Below are positions 52,840 to 60,648 of a DNA stretch of 64,000 nucleotides, piece after piece. Below the pieces are notes generated by a model. The model had not been told where the DNA came from. It did no database searches and worked only from the letters and a program-made list of their open reading frames with translations. Source of the DNA: Opitutales bacterium (lineage in GTDB: Bacteria; Verrucomicrobiota; Verrucomicrobiia; Opitutales; UBA953); contig JBIKIO010000001.1 of assembly GCA_044361555.1 (NCBI GenBank), positions 8,393 through 72,392 of the forward strand, in the 5' to 3' direction. The translations under genes were made by a program, and so were the position numbers. Position 1 is the stretch's first letter, and every line of letters begins with the position of its first letter.

Positions 52840-53971
52840 CGCTGCCGCCATGGTGAAGCTCTGCCGCGAGCGCCTCACCCCTTGCCTGTTCCGCCTCCCG
52901 TCGACCAGCCTGAGCAAGGAACTCTCCGTCACGGCGACGCCGCGGGACGGCTCCTACTCCTCGCACATGCTGCGGGTGACCGCGGAACTCACCCCCACGA
53001 TGGAGGATGCGGTGCAGCTCGCCTGCCATAACCTCGGTTTCCCCCGGGAGATCCTGGACGTCTACGTGCGACCGAAGAACGAGAACAACGCCTTCAGCAG
53101 CCTGGACGGCGGCCGGGCCAAGCTCATCTTCAATTCCTATCTCGTCGAGATCTCGGACCGTGACGAGCTCGCCTACGTCGTCGGCCATGAACTCGGCCAT
53201 TACCTCTTCCCGGAGGCCAACGTCCGGCAGCTGACCCCCAACCTGGAAGGCTGCATGATCTCGCGTTACAGCGAGTTCACGATGGACCGTATCGGCCTGA
53301 TCGCCTGCCGTAGCGTCGACAAGATGGTCTCGGCCGAGCTCAAAAGCCTGAGCGGACTTTCCAGCAAGCACCTGCGCATGGACGCCACCGCCATCATCGC
53401 GCAGTGGCGGGAAGCCTCCAAGGCGGCCGATACCACCTCGATATGGCTCCGCTCGACCCACCCGCCCACGGGCATGCGCGCCAAGGCGCTCATTCAGTTC
53501 TACGGGTCGGACGCCTACCGCGCCGCCATCGGCCAGTCCGGCGGCGAACCCATCGACCAGGTCAACGCCTCGCTGGGGACCGAACTTGACCGCCTCCTCG
53601 ACAATCACGCCCATCAGCTGATCGCCGAAAAACTGAACAAGCTGAGCGGCTGGCTTTGCGCCTTTGTCGCCTCCCGCGGCATCAAGCTGCGCCTGTCGAA
53701 CCTTCGCCATGGCCTCTGCTCGGCCCCCGACGAGATCATCAAGCGCTGCCTGAGCATCGTCATCGAGGAGACCCCTGAGCCCGAGCGCGAGAAAGTCAGC
53801 AACGAAAAACTGCTGCTCGCCCTGCAGGAAGCCTGCGAACTGGCCCCGGGACATACCCGAGTCTACCTGCAGTCGGTGGCGGCCACGAGTGATGAGATCA
53901 AGCCGCTGCTGCAGCAACTTGACGGACTGAGCCGGCAGCAAGGCATCATGATCGTCCCCCCGGCCGCCTGA
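52832..53971 (+). CDS. Soluble M48-like zinc metalloprotease
   Basis: HExxH in YVVGHELGHYLF, and the downstream M48-type WLRSTHPPTGMRAKAL. No TM helix is evident. Alternative start at ATG 52850 (context GCCGCCATGG). The ATG at 52832 overlaps the upstream stop by 8 nt. Confidence 0.8.
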   Translation: MDDAAAMVKLCRERLTPCLFRLPSTSLSKELSVTATPRDGSYSSHMLRVTAELTPTMEDAVQLACHNLGFPREILDVYVRPKNENNAFSSLDGGRAKLIFNSYLVEISDRDELAYVVGHELGHYLFPEANVRQLTPNLEGCMISRYSEFTMDRIGLIACRSVDKMVSAELKSLSGLSSKHLRMDATAIIAQWREASKAADTTSIWLRSTHPPTGMRAKALIQFYGSDAYRAAIGQSGGEPIDQVNASLGTELDRLLDNHAHQLIAEKLNKLSGWLCAFVASRGIKLRLSNLRHGLCSAPDEIIKRCLSIVIEETPEPEREKVSNEKLLLALQEACELAPGHTRVYLQSVAATSDEIKPLLQQLDGLSRQQGIMIVPPAA

Positions 53972-53984
53972 GGCTCCGGACTTT

Positions 53985-55316
53985 TCAGAGATAGCGCTGC
54001 CTCAGCTTGGCGATGGCTTCGAGCTGGCGCGTGATCATGGCTCGGTCAGCGGCATCCTTCGGGTGGCGGGAATTCCACTTCATGAACTGATCCAGCAGAT
54101 GGCGGCGGATGCGGCGGGTATCCCAGCCGAGGTCCAAGCCCACGAGCTCCGCGTATTCCTGGTCACGCCCCGCTCCCTCCCCTTCGTTCGCCGCATCGAT
54201 ATGACGATGCAGTTCCTCCAGTCCGAGGCTCAGCTCACGACACAGGCCCTTGAGTTCGGCCATGACCTCGGCGGAAACGGCGCAATCGACCCTGCCGACC
54301 TCGACGCAAAGAGCCAGCGCCTCCTGCGGCATGCCGGCGACTTCATAGGCCAGGAGTTCGCGACAGACCACCCCGAGGTCGGACCTCGCCCCCCTGGCCA
54401 TAGTCGCCGCCGCTTCCAGCGAGGCCTGGGTCTGCGCGACCAATCGGGCGTCTTCGCCTTTCAACTGATCAAGGTGCCGGCGCATCCATGCCTGGGCGGC
54501 GGGCCCTGCCTGCAGCGGTTCACGTCGCACGCGCGCCGCGAACGCATAGCCCAGGCATACGACCAACCCCGCCGCGTTCTGACGGGCGTAACGTTGCTCG
54601 ACGTAACCCTTGCGGACAAGCGTGACCTCGAACTGGGTCGTCGCCGCCGCCAGCATACCTGCGCGCAGGCGCTCATCGATGACGGTAAGCCCCGCCAAGG
54701 CGGCAGGGACTGCCACGCAACTGAGTCTTAGCGTGCGCTGCCCGGATTTCGGAGCCCGGATATTAGCGAAAGGGATGATGCCGACCGAAGTCCAGCCGGA
54801 GTCAGGCCGGCCCGGCGACGACACCTTGCCGAGAGTGCTCCGGACGACGAACTGGCCAGTCTGGTCATCCTGATACCTCTCCATCGTGGCATAGACCGGC
54901 TGGGATGATCCGTCGCTCACGTCCTCCATCGTCACGACCAGGTCGACGATCGTCTCTCCCATCACCTCGATGCCGCCGCTCACGTCGATCCGGAAACCCG
55001 GCTGCTCCTCCCCGGTCTTCTTATCGCGCAATTGGCAGGCTTCGGCCTGCAGGCGGAAGGGCTTGCTCGAGATTGGCGCGAAGCGGACTCCGGGGAAAGC
55101 TTCGCGAAAAACCTGCTCGGCGCTCTTCGCCGAAGGGGGCTTTGCCTGGGAAGCGGACGAGGGTGGCGGACGATGGTTGGTCCGAGGAGGCGGCGGGGGC
55201 GGCGTATCCTTTCGCGGCGGTGGCGCCGCTTCCGCCTTATCCTTACGCCACAGGTACAGATAGACGCCACCTCCGGCGAGGACCATGGCGGCGGCGATGT
55301 AGACGTAGGCGTTCAT
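53985..55316 (-). CDS. TM-anchored, Pro-rich paralog of 51625-52839 with J-like tail carrying HPKD
   Basis: N-terminal helix YVYIAAAMVLAGGGVYLYLW, then EAAPPPRKDTPPPPPPRTNHRPPPSS. The middle domain aligns by eye with 51625-52839 (VTMEDVSDGSSQPVY vs VTWAEDITDDSSGEPIF; PKSGQRTLRL vs PRSGARNIRF). Tail YAELVGLDLGWDTRRIRRHLLDQFMKWNSRHPKDAADRAMITRQLEAIAKLRQRYL. Confidence 0.8.
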   Translation of the reverse strand: MNAYVYIAAAMVLAGGGVYLYLWRKDKAEAAPPPRKDTPPPPPPRTNHRPPPSSASQAKPPSAKSAEQVFREAFPGVRFAPISSKPFRLQAEACQLRDKKTGEEQPGFRIDVSGGIEVMGETIVDLVVTMEDVSDGSSQPVYATMERYQDDQTGQFVVRSTLGKVSSPGRPDSGWTSVGIIPFANIRAPKSGQRTLRLSCVAVPAALAGLTVIDERLRAGMLAAATTQFEVTLVRKGYVEQRYARQNAAGLVVCLGYAFAARVRREPLQAGPAAQAWMRRHLDQLKGEDARLVAQTQASLEAAATMARGARSDLGVVCRELLAYEVAGMPQEALALCVEVGRVDCAVSAEVMAELKGLCRELSLGLEELHRHIDAANEGEGAGRDQEYAELVGLDLGWDTRRIRRHLLDQFMKWNSRHPKDAADRAMITRQLEAIAKLRQRYL

Positions 55317-55381
55317 GCCGGGACGAAAGGCAGATGATGCTCCCTCAGGCCCACCCTACTGCCAATCTCATAAACTGGCGG

Positions 55382-55900
55382 CTATCCCTCCACCTGCCAC
55401 GCGGCCAGATCGGCGAACAAGACGGCGTGACGCGGATCGGCACAGGCCGGCTTGAACCATCGTTGCCGCGGAGCCGACGGCGACAGGTCGTCATACCAGG
55501 CGACGACCGCGGGCATCAAGGGGTGCGGCGCCCGCCAGAGCTCGATGCCCTTGTGGCCCTGGGTGACTTCGGCCCACGTCGCGAAAGCCTGCGTCTCTTC
55601 CCTGAGAAAATCCAGCAACAGACCGGACAGGTCATCCGGGCCGCCGAAACCGACGTCGTAATCGTAGAGGTAGGCGCCGGCGAGCTGCTTGGCGAAGGCG
55701 GCGACATCCGTGTTCTCCCGGCGAAAACCGGCCCGGAAAGAGTACCGGTCAGGCAAGGTGGCCAGCATCGTCTCACGGACGATTGCGAAGTAAGTCCAGG
55801 CCATCATGACGCGGAATTGGGCTTCTTGGTCGCCCCGTTGCATCGCCGCCGTGATGCGCCGGCGCGTCGAGAACTCTAGGTAAGCGGGATTGGGAGCCAT
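55382..55900 (-). CDS. Hypothetical protein, 172 aa
   Basis: An internal ATG at 55900 lies 2 nt after the stop of the small upstream ORF (TGACCATGG). The track ORF extends to 55972 with an alternative start. No motif recognised. Confidence 0.6.
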   Translation of the reverse strand: MAPNPAYLEFSTRRRITAAMQRGDQEAQFRVMMAWTYFAIVRETMLATLPDRYSFRAGFRRENTDVAAFAKQLAGAYLYDYDVGFGGPDDLSGLLLDFLREETQAFATWAEVTQGHKGIELWRAPHPLMPAVVAWYDDLSPSAPRQRWFKPACADPRHAVLFADLAAWQVEG

Positions 55901-55902
55901 GG

Positions 55903-56082
55903 TCAGAACAGCGCCTTGCAGCCCTTGATGACGAGGCCGAGGACGAACAGCACTCCCACGCCGACCAGGCATCCGCCGAGATAGTTACCCCAGCCGCCCG
56001 CCCGTTCCGCCTTGGCGTTGATCACGAAAAGGACGAAAGCGCCAGTCAACAGCATGCAGATCAATTGACCGGGGTCTTTCAT
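55903..56082 (-). CDS. Small two-TM membrane protein, 59 aa (below the ORF-track cutoff)
   Basis: Hand translation: MKDPGQLICMLLTGAFVLFVINAKAERAGGWGNYLGGCLVGVGVLFVLGLVIKGCKALF*. ATG at 56082-56080, TGA at 55905-55903, coupled to the next gene by TGACCATGG. Confidence 0.5.
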   Translation of the reverse strand: MKDPGQLICMLLTGAFVLFVINAKAERAGGWGNYLGGCLVGVGVLFVLGLVIKGCKALF

Positions 56083-56224
56083 GAATGAGGTGATAAGCGC
56101 GGCCGCGCGGGGGTCAACCTCGCCCGAACAGGCCGATGATTTTCACGAATTCTTTACAAAGGAAAGTAGTATACATTTGCGGCCGACCCGGACTTGCGAA
56201 GAATCCGCGACCTCCCCCACCCTG
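56083..56224. promoter_or_regulatory. Divergent intergenic region between the small-TM operon (minus) and Hsp70 module 2 (plus)
   Basis: A 142-nt gap containing a locally AT-rich stretch (gattttcacgaattctttacaaaggaaagtagtatacatttgc). No confident -35/-10 assignment. Confidence 0.3.
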
Positions 56225-56623
56225 ATGCGAGACTATAACGAATACTACGTCTTCCTGAACGCCACCCCCCAGAGCAGCCAGGCCGACATCGACCGGGCGT
56301 ACCAATCGGTGATCGGCGAAGCCCGGCGCCAAGGAGGGTTCATGCTGGACATCGTGGAAGAAGGCTACCGCTGCCTCTCGGATCCGACCACCCGCGCCCA
56401 ATATCATGCCGGCACCTACCGTCATGATATTCGCGTGAGCATGCTGCGCGAATCTCATGACCGCGAAGGCCGCACCGCCCAGTTCGACGCGTTTCCACGG
56501 CTCAAGAAGATCCAGTTCTACCAGTATATCTTCGACTCTGACGAAGTGAACGTGACCTTCGAGATGCTACCCAACGGGAAGTTCCGCAATACGAAGACCG
56601 GCGAGATCGTCGACCAACTCTGA
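56225..56623 (+). CDS. J-like domain protein lacking the HPD motif, 132 aa
   Basis: The ATG at 56225 gives MRDYNEYYVFLNATPQSSQADIDRAYQSVIGEARRQGGFMLDIVEEGYRCLSDPTTRAQYH. This follows the J-domain helix I-III pattern (YY.lLgv....s..eI..AY......HPD.....f..i.eAY.vLsD...R..Yd), with EARRQGG where HPD is expected. Confidence 0.6.
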   Translation: MRDYNEYYVFLNATPQSSQADIDRAYQSVIGEARRQGGFMLDIVEEGYRCLSDPTTRAQYHAGTYRHDIRVSMLRESHDREGRTAQFDAFPRLKKIQFYQYIFDSDEVNVTFEMLPNGKFRNTKTGEIVDQL

Positions 56624-56628
56624 CCGCC

Positions 56629-57087
56629 ATGGGTCTTTTCGACGCACTCTTCGGGCCTTCGGTCAAGGAACGGATGCTGCCCTATTTCCAAGGGCGTGGA
56701 AAACCGATGCATGAGCGGATCAGCCGCTGCGTCCGGGAGCTCTACCCCACCCTGGAGCTGAGTGACATCACTCCTTTCCATGAGGCCGGGAGCGAGCTGA
56801 CCGCTTCGGCCGACGGCTCGAACGAAGCACAGGCGATCTTCTCGGCCTGCGCCGCCCGGGCCGGCATGAAGGTCATCGCCATGACCATGCAGAAGGGCGC
56901 CGACCCTGACTGGCGCGTGATCATCAACAGCGAAAGCGTGGGTGTCTCCGCTCGGCCGTCCGATCTCCTGCAATTCGGCAAATACCGTAACGTCCGCACG
57001 CGCGTCCAGATCTGGATGTGCCTCCATGACGATGACACCCCGATGATGGACATTGTCACCGGCCCGGATTGGGAGAGACTTACCTGA
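56629..57087 (+). CDS. Hypothetical protein, 152 aa
   Basis: ATG in the context ACCGCCATGG, 5 nt after the upstream stop. Ordinary protein-like composition. No motif recognised. Confidence 0.6.
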   Translation: MGLFDALFGPSVKERMLPYFQGRGKPMHERISRCVRELYPTLELSDITPFHEAGSELTASADGSNEAQAIFSACAARAGMKVIAMTMQKGADPDWRVIINSESVGVSARPSDLLQFGKYRNVRTRVQIWMCLHDDDTPMMDIVTGPDWERLT

Positions 57088-57091
57088 CTCC

Positions 57092-57715
57092 ATGCGCGAC
57101 CCTGACTTCAATTACACCAAAGCCACGCTGAGCGAGCTCCAGACCCAGGCGGCCAAGCATGACGCCTATGCGATGAATGCGCTCGCCTGGCGTCTCGCGC
57201 ATGGCGAAGGCGTCGCCGTGGATGGCGCCGAATCCCGCCGGTGGTACGCCCGCTCGGCCGCCCTCGGCAACGCCGAGGGGCTTTACAACCTCGGGGTCTG
57301 CCATGTGAACGGCGACTTAGGAAAGATCGACCCTGTCGAAGCCTGTCGGCTTTGGCGATTGGCCGCGGCCAAGAACCACTACGCCGCGCTCGGTAATCTT
57401 GGGATTTCTTATTACTACGGGAACGGCGTACCCCAGGACTACGTGCAAGCCCGCGAATGGTTCCTCCGTTCGGCCAACACCGACGAACCTCGCGCCATGG
57501 GCATGATGGGGCAATTCTACCATCTCGCACGGGGCGTCCCCGAGGATAAGATCGAGGCGTTGGCGTGGTATCTTCTCGCCGCCGAAAAATCTGACGAGAC
57601 GGCCGTTCCGAGGACGAACCTCCTGAGGGAACTCACCGCGGCGCAGCAAGCCTCCGCCCGGACCCGCGCCGAAGTCCTGCGCCAGTCGATCAAGCATACG
57701 CCCTACCTCGACTGA
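57092..57715 (+). CDS. Sel1-repeat protein
   Basis: ATG at 57092, 4 nt after the upstream stop. Repeats such as AMNALAWRLAHGEGVAVDGAESRRWYARSAALGNAEGLYNLGVCHVNG. Confidence 0.85.
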   Translation: MRDPDFNYTKATLSELQTQAAKHDAYAMNALAWRLAHGEGVAVDGAESRRWYARSAALGNAEGLYNLGVCHVNGDLGKIDPVEACRLWRLAAAKNHYAALGNLGISYYYGNGVPQDYVQAREWFLRSANTDEPRAMGMMGQFYHLARGVPEDKIEALAWYLLAAEKSDETAVPRTNLLRELTAAQQASARTRAEVLRQSIKHTPYLD

Positions 57716-57723
57716 GCCTTCCC

Positions 57724-58416
57724 ATGGATTACTACTCCAAGATGGATGACAGCGCCGTCGAGGCCAAGGCCGCGGCCGGCGACCCTGTCGCCCAGACTCG
57801 GCTCGGCGTCCTCCATGCACGCGGCCAAGGCCGTCCGAAGGATTTCGCGCAGGCCCTCCATTGCTGGCAACTGGCGGCCGCCCAGGGGCACGCCGACGCG
57901 ATGTGCAATCTCGGCAACCTCTATGACCTGACCGACGATCACCCCCGTGATGACGTCGAAGCCGCCCGCTGGTATCGGGAGGCGGCCGAGCGCGGACATC
58001 TTAAGGCCCAGTTCAACCTAGGAATAAAATATTCCCACGGACAGGGGCTGGTTCGGGACATGGCCCAGGCCGCCCGCTGGTTCCGCGCCGCGGCGGACCA
58101 AGGCGACTCCATGGCGCAGTTCAACTTCGCGCTGCAATGCGTGCATGGGGAGGGCGTGCCGAAAGACGCCGGCCTCGCCGCCCGCTACCTCAAACTGGGC
58201 GCGGACCAAGGCGACGTCCAATGTCTGAACAGCTTGGCGATCCTCCATGCCACCGGCGACGGCGTCCCGCATGATCTCGTGCGGGCCTATGCGCTCTGGA
58301 CGGTCGCCATCCGCAACGGCGGCACCCAGTCGGAAGGCAACCTCCGCCACCTCACCACCACCATGACCCCGCGCCAGATCGAATTGGGCGAACAAGCCGC
58401 CGCGCAGATCCGCTGA
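57724..58416 (+). CDS. Sel1-repeat protein
   Basis: Repeats: AQTRLGVLHARGQGRPKDFAQALHCWQLAAAQGHADAMCNLGNLY; AARWYREAAERGHLKAQFNLGIKYSHGQG; and further units. Confidence 0.9.
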   Translation: MDYYSKMDDSAVEAKAAAGDPVAQTRLGVLHARGQGRPKDFAQALHCWQLAAAQGHADAMCNLGNLYDLTDDHPRDDVEAARWYREAAERGHLKAQFNLGIKYSHGQGLVRDMAQAARWFRAAADQGDSMAQFNFALQCVHGEGVPKDAGLAARYLKLGADQGDVQCLNSLAILHATGDGVPHDLVRAYALWTVAIRNGGTQSEGNLRHLTTTMTPRQIELGEQAAAQIR

Positions 58417-58420
58417 TCCT

Positions 58421-59002
58421 ATGACGCACCCGCTCATCGATCTCTTCGCTATGCCGACGCTTCCCATGGCGTTCTCGAGCGTGATCCGTAACCTCCCCGT
58501 CCCCTTCACCCGCAAACTCACCAAGCGACCCAAGAACGGCTGCCTGCTCGCCAACGATGAGTTCTACGTCGTATTCGAAACCTACCCGCTGGCCGTCAAG
58601 CAGATGACCCAGATGATCGGCGAGCAGCAGATCGACCCGATCCCCGTCGAGTACCTTTACGCCGCGTCCGTCTTCTATCGTAAATCGCGTAATCCGCACG
58701 GCCCTTCCTCCCGCCCGATCTACGTCTTCTGCCTAGAATACACCGAGTTCACCTGCGATATGAGATCCCGCGGACTCTGGGATACGCTGACCGGCAAGCC
58801 CAAGCATCCCGCCGAAGTCTTCTCCGCCGTCTTCTTCGCCGACGGGCGCACCAACCATGGCAAAGTGCCGAACGACTTCACGGATGCCTCGGCGCGCGAA
58901 TACCTCATGCTCGGCGTATGTGAGCGGCTAGGCCTGACGCGCGGCGACTTCCGGGAGATCGGCCCGCTGTCGCTCGGAGCCGACTGCCCCGAAGTCGCGT
59001 AA
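58421..59002 (+). CDS. Hypothetical protein; paralog of the C-terminal domain of 61278-62105
   Basis: Shared blocks, first from this gene then from 61278-62105: DEFYVVFE vs DDFYVIVE; SVFYRKSRNPHGPSSRPIYVFCLEYT vs SCFYRESRSPHPRARRHPIAIFTLEHS; GLWDTLTG vs GFFDRLLG. Confidence 0.7.
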   Translation: MTHPLIDLFAMPTLPMAFSSVIRNLPVPFTRKLTKRPKNGCLLANDEFYVVFETYPLAVKQMTQMIGEQQIDPIPVEYLYAASVFYRKSRNPHGPSSRPIYVFCLEYTEFTCDMRSRGLWDTLTGKPKHPAEVFSAVFFADGRTNHGKVPNDFTDASAREYLMLGVCERLGLTRGDFREIGPLSLGADCPEVA

Positions 59003-59012
59003 GACTCCGGAT

Positions 59013-60491
59013 ATGGCGAACGAGATCAATAAGCCGATTGGCACCCCGGTCCTGATCGGGATCGGGCTCGGTGTCCACGAAACCACCGTCGCCAGGCTCA
59101 ATGAAGCGGGTAAGCCTGAGCTTGTCCGGAATATCGACGGCGAAGAATCTACGCCCTCCGTCGTCCTGATCGACGATGGCGGCGCAGTTACGGTCGGTCG
59201 CGAAGCCAGTAAGTTCATCGGAACAGGCATGCCAGGGGTCTTCGCTGAATTCACGCGCGACCTGGGCAACCCCTCGGCCTGCGGCGGACTTAACCGCACG
59301 CCCACGCCGATGGCCCTGACCACACTACTCCTCCGGCAGGTCGTCCAAGGAGTCACGGAATCGTTCGGCCGGTTGACCGCGGTCACGATCGCCATACCCG
59401 CAGATGCGACTAGCCACTTCAGGGTAGCCGTGCATGCGGCCGCCCGTGAGGCGGGCCTTCCCGATGTCAAGTTGACCGACGAAACTACGGCCGCCGCGCT
59501 ACAACTGACTTCGCAGGAAGAGCTCCGCGGCAAATACCTCTGGTATCGAATGGCGAAAAGTACCTTCGACGCAGCCATCTTCGAGTCCACCGCCCGTACG
59601 GTCAGCATTCTGGCCAACTTCAGAATCCAACGGCTGGGTTCGAAAGATTTCGATCAAAAACTCCTGAACCTTATCCATCAGAAATACCTGCGGATGACGG
59701 GCGACACGAAAAGCGCCCAAGACTTTCAGGTAGATTGCAGCCTCACCCGGCTGGATCTCGAGAGCGCACGGGAAACCTTGAGCACAAGGTCGAGGACAGC
59801 CTTGCGGCTCGTCTCTGGAGACCATGGCCCGTTGAAGATCGAGCTCACCCAAGAGGACTTCGGCTCCGCTGTCCGCCCTCTTCTGGAACAAGCTGCGCTG
59901 GCTGTCGACATGGCACTGGATCAGGCCAATCTCAGACCTCAGGAGCTCACCGGCGTCTTCTATACCAGCGACGACGACCTCGGGCACGTCATCCAAACGC
60001 ACCTGGCCAGTCATACTGGTCAGCGCGCTCGTCCGACCGCGCCTCAGGTCGTCGCGCTTGGCGCCGCCTTAGTCTCGGCGAAAAAGGCGAATCCAGAAGA
60101 TCTTAACGCCCTGCAATCAATAAGCGCACAGTACCTGAAAATTACGGATATAGCGCCGCACTACCTAGGACTTATCGATCGTGATTGGCTGACAGGAACC
60201 TTACAGAACCGGATCATCATCAGGAAAGGCGAACCCATCCCTTGCGCCCGCCGCTTCGAGGTCCAAGCCGACGGCACCGGCTTCTTTCCAGCGATCGGAC
60301 TGACCCAATCCGGCTCCGAACAGACCGACCCCGATTTCGTCGCTATCATCGGGAATATTTCGTCCTCCCAGTTTCGGCCACATGCCAAAATCCTGCTCAC
60401 GATCGGCTACGACGTTAACGGCGTAGCCTATGCCAAACGGGAAAACATCGATGAGGGCGGCCACCAGGAAATCCGCGTCGGGCCAGGGTAG
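59013..60491 (+). CDS. Hsp70-fold paralog with eroded nucleotide-binding motifs (probable pseudo-ATPase)
   Basis: Collinear with 50080-51618, but the motifs differ, first from this gene then from 50080-51618: VLIGIGLGVHETT vs IIGIDLGTSTT; LTDETTAAALQL vs VNEPTAAAIYY; YLWYRMAKSTFDAAIF vs YLIYDFGGGTFDATIL; VFYTSDDDLGHVI vs VFLAGGSTLVPAV. The shared C-terminal block (I/L)TQSGSEQ(S/T)DPDFV confirms paralogy. Confidence 0.85.
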   Translation: MANEINKPIGTPVLIGIGLGVHETTVARLNEAGKPELVRNIDGEESTPSVVLIDDGGAVTVGREASKFIGTGMPGVFAEFTRDLGNPSACGGLNRTPTPMALTTLLLRQVVQGVTESFGRLTAVTIAIPADATSHFRVAVHAAAREAGLPDVKLTDETTAAALQLTSQEELRGKYLWYRMAKSTFDAAIFESTARTVSILANFRIQRLGSKDFDQKLLNLIHQKYLRMTGDTKSAQDFQVDCSLTRLDLESARETLSTRSRTALRLVSGDHGPLKIELTQEDFGSAVRPLLEQAALAVDMALDQANLRPQELTGVFYTSDDDLGHVIQTHLASHTGQRARPTAPQVVALGAALVSAKKANPEDLNALQSISAQYLKITDIAPHYLGLIDRDWLTGTLQNRIIIRKGEPIPCARRFEVQADGTGFFPAIGLTQSGSEQTDPDFVAIIGNISSSQFRPHAKILLTIGYDVNGVAYAKRENIDEGGHQEIRVGPG

Positions 60492-60648
60492 GCCCCTGAA
60501 AATCCTCCGCCACTCAGGTTCGCCCGCGGAGAAGCCGGCCGAGCCCGTTGAAATTGTAAAATAAGTTTAAAACATCGGATTAGCGCCACGGATAAAGAGT
60601 GGATGATCGACACTCCGGACGGGCCACTTAGCGTCTGCCCCCTTCCTC

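Noticed and set aside
52775-53941. The 388-aa minus-strand ORF opposite the M48-like gene
   Set aside because: The plus-strand frame carries HExxH and the THPP motif and continues the co-directional operon. The minus frame is G/R/D/V/L-rich shadow sequence.
54905-55879. The 324-aa plus-strand ORF spanning two minus-strand genes. Similar cases: 54063-54731, 50506-51420, 58018-58554, 58928-59617, 59499-60014, 61299-62216, 41764-42669, 42760-43422, 45279-45959, 46527-47444, 34357-35133 and 36928-37602.
   Set aside because: These are antisense or alternative-frame to motif-bearing genes, with extreme Arg/Pro/Gly content. Each would also cross an intergenic gap or overlap a better-supported gene.
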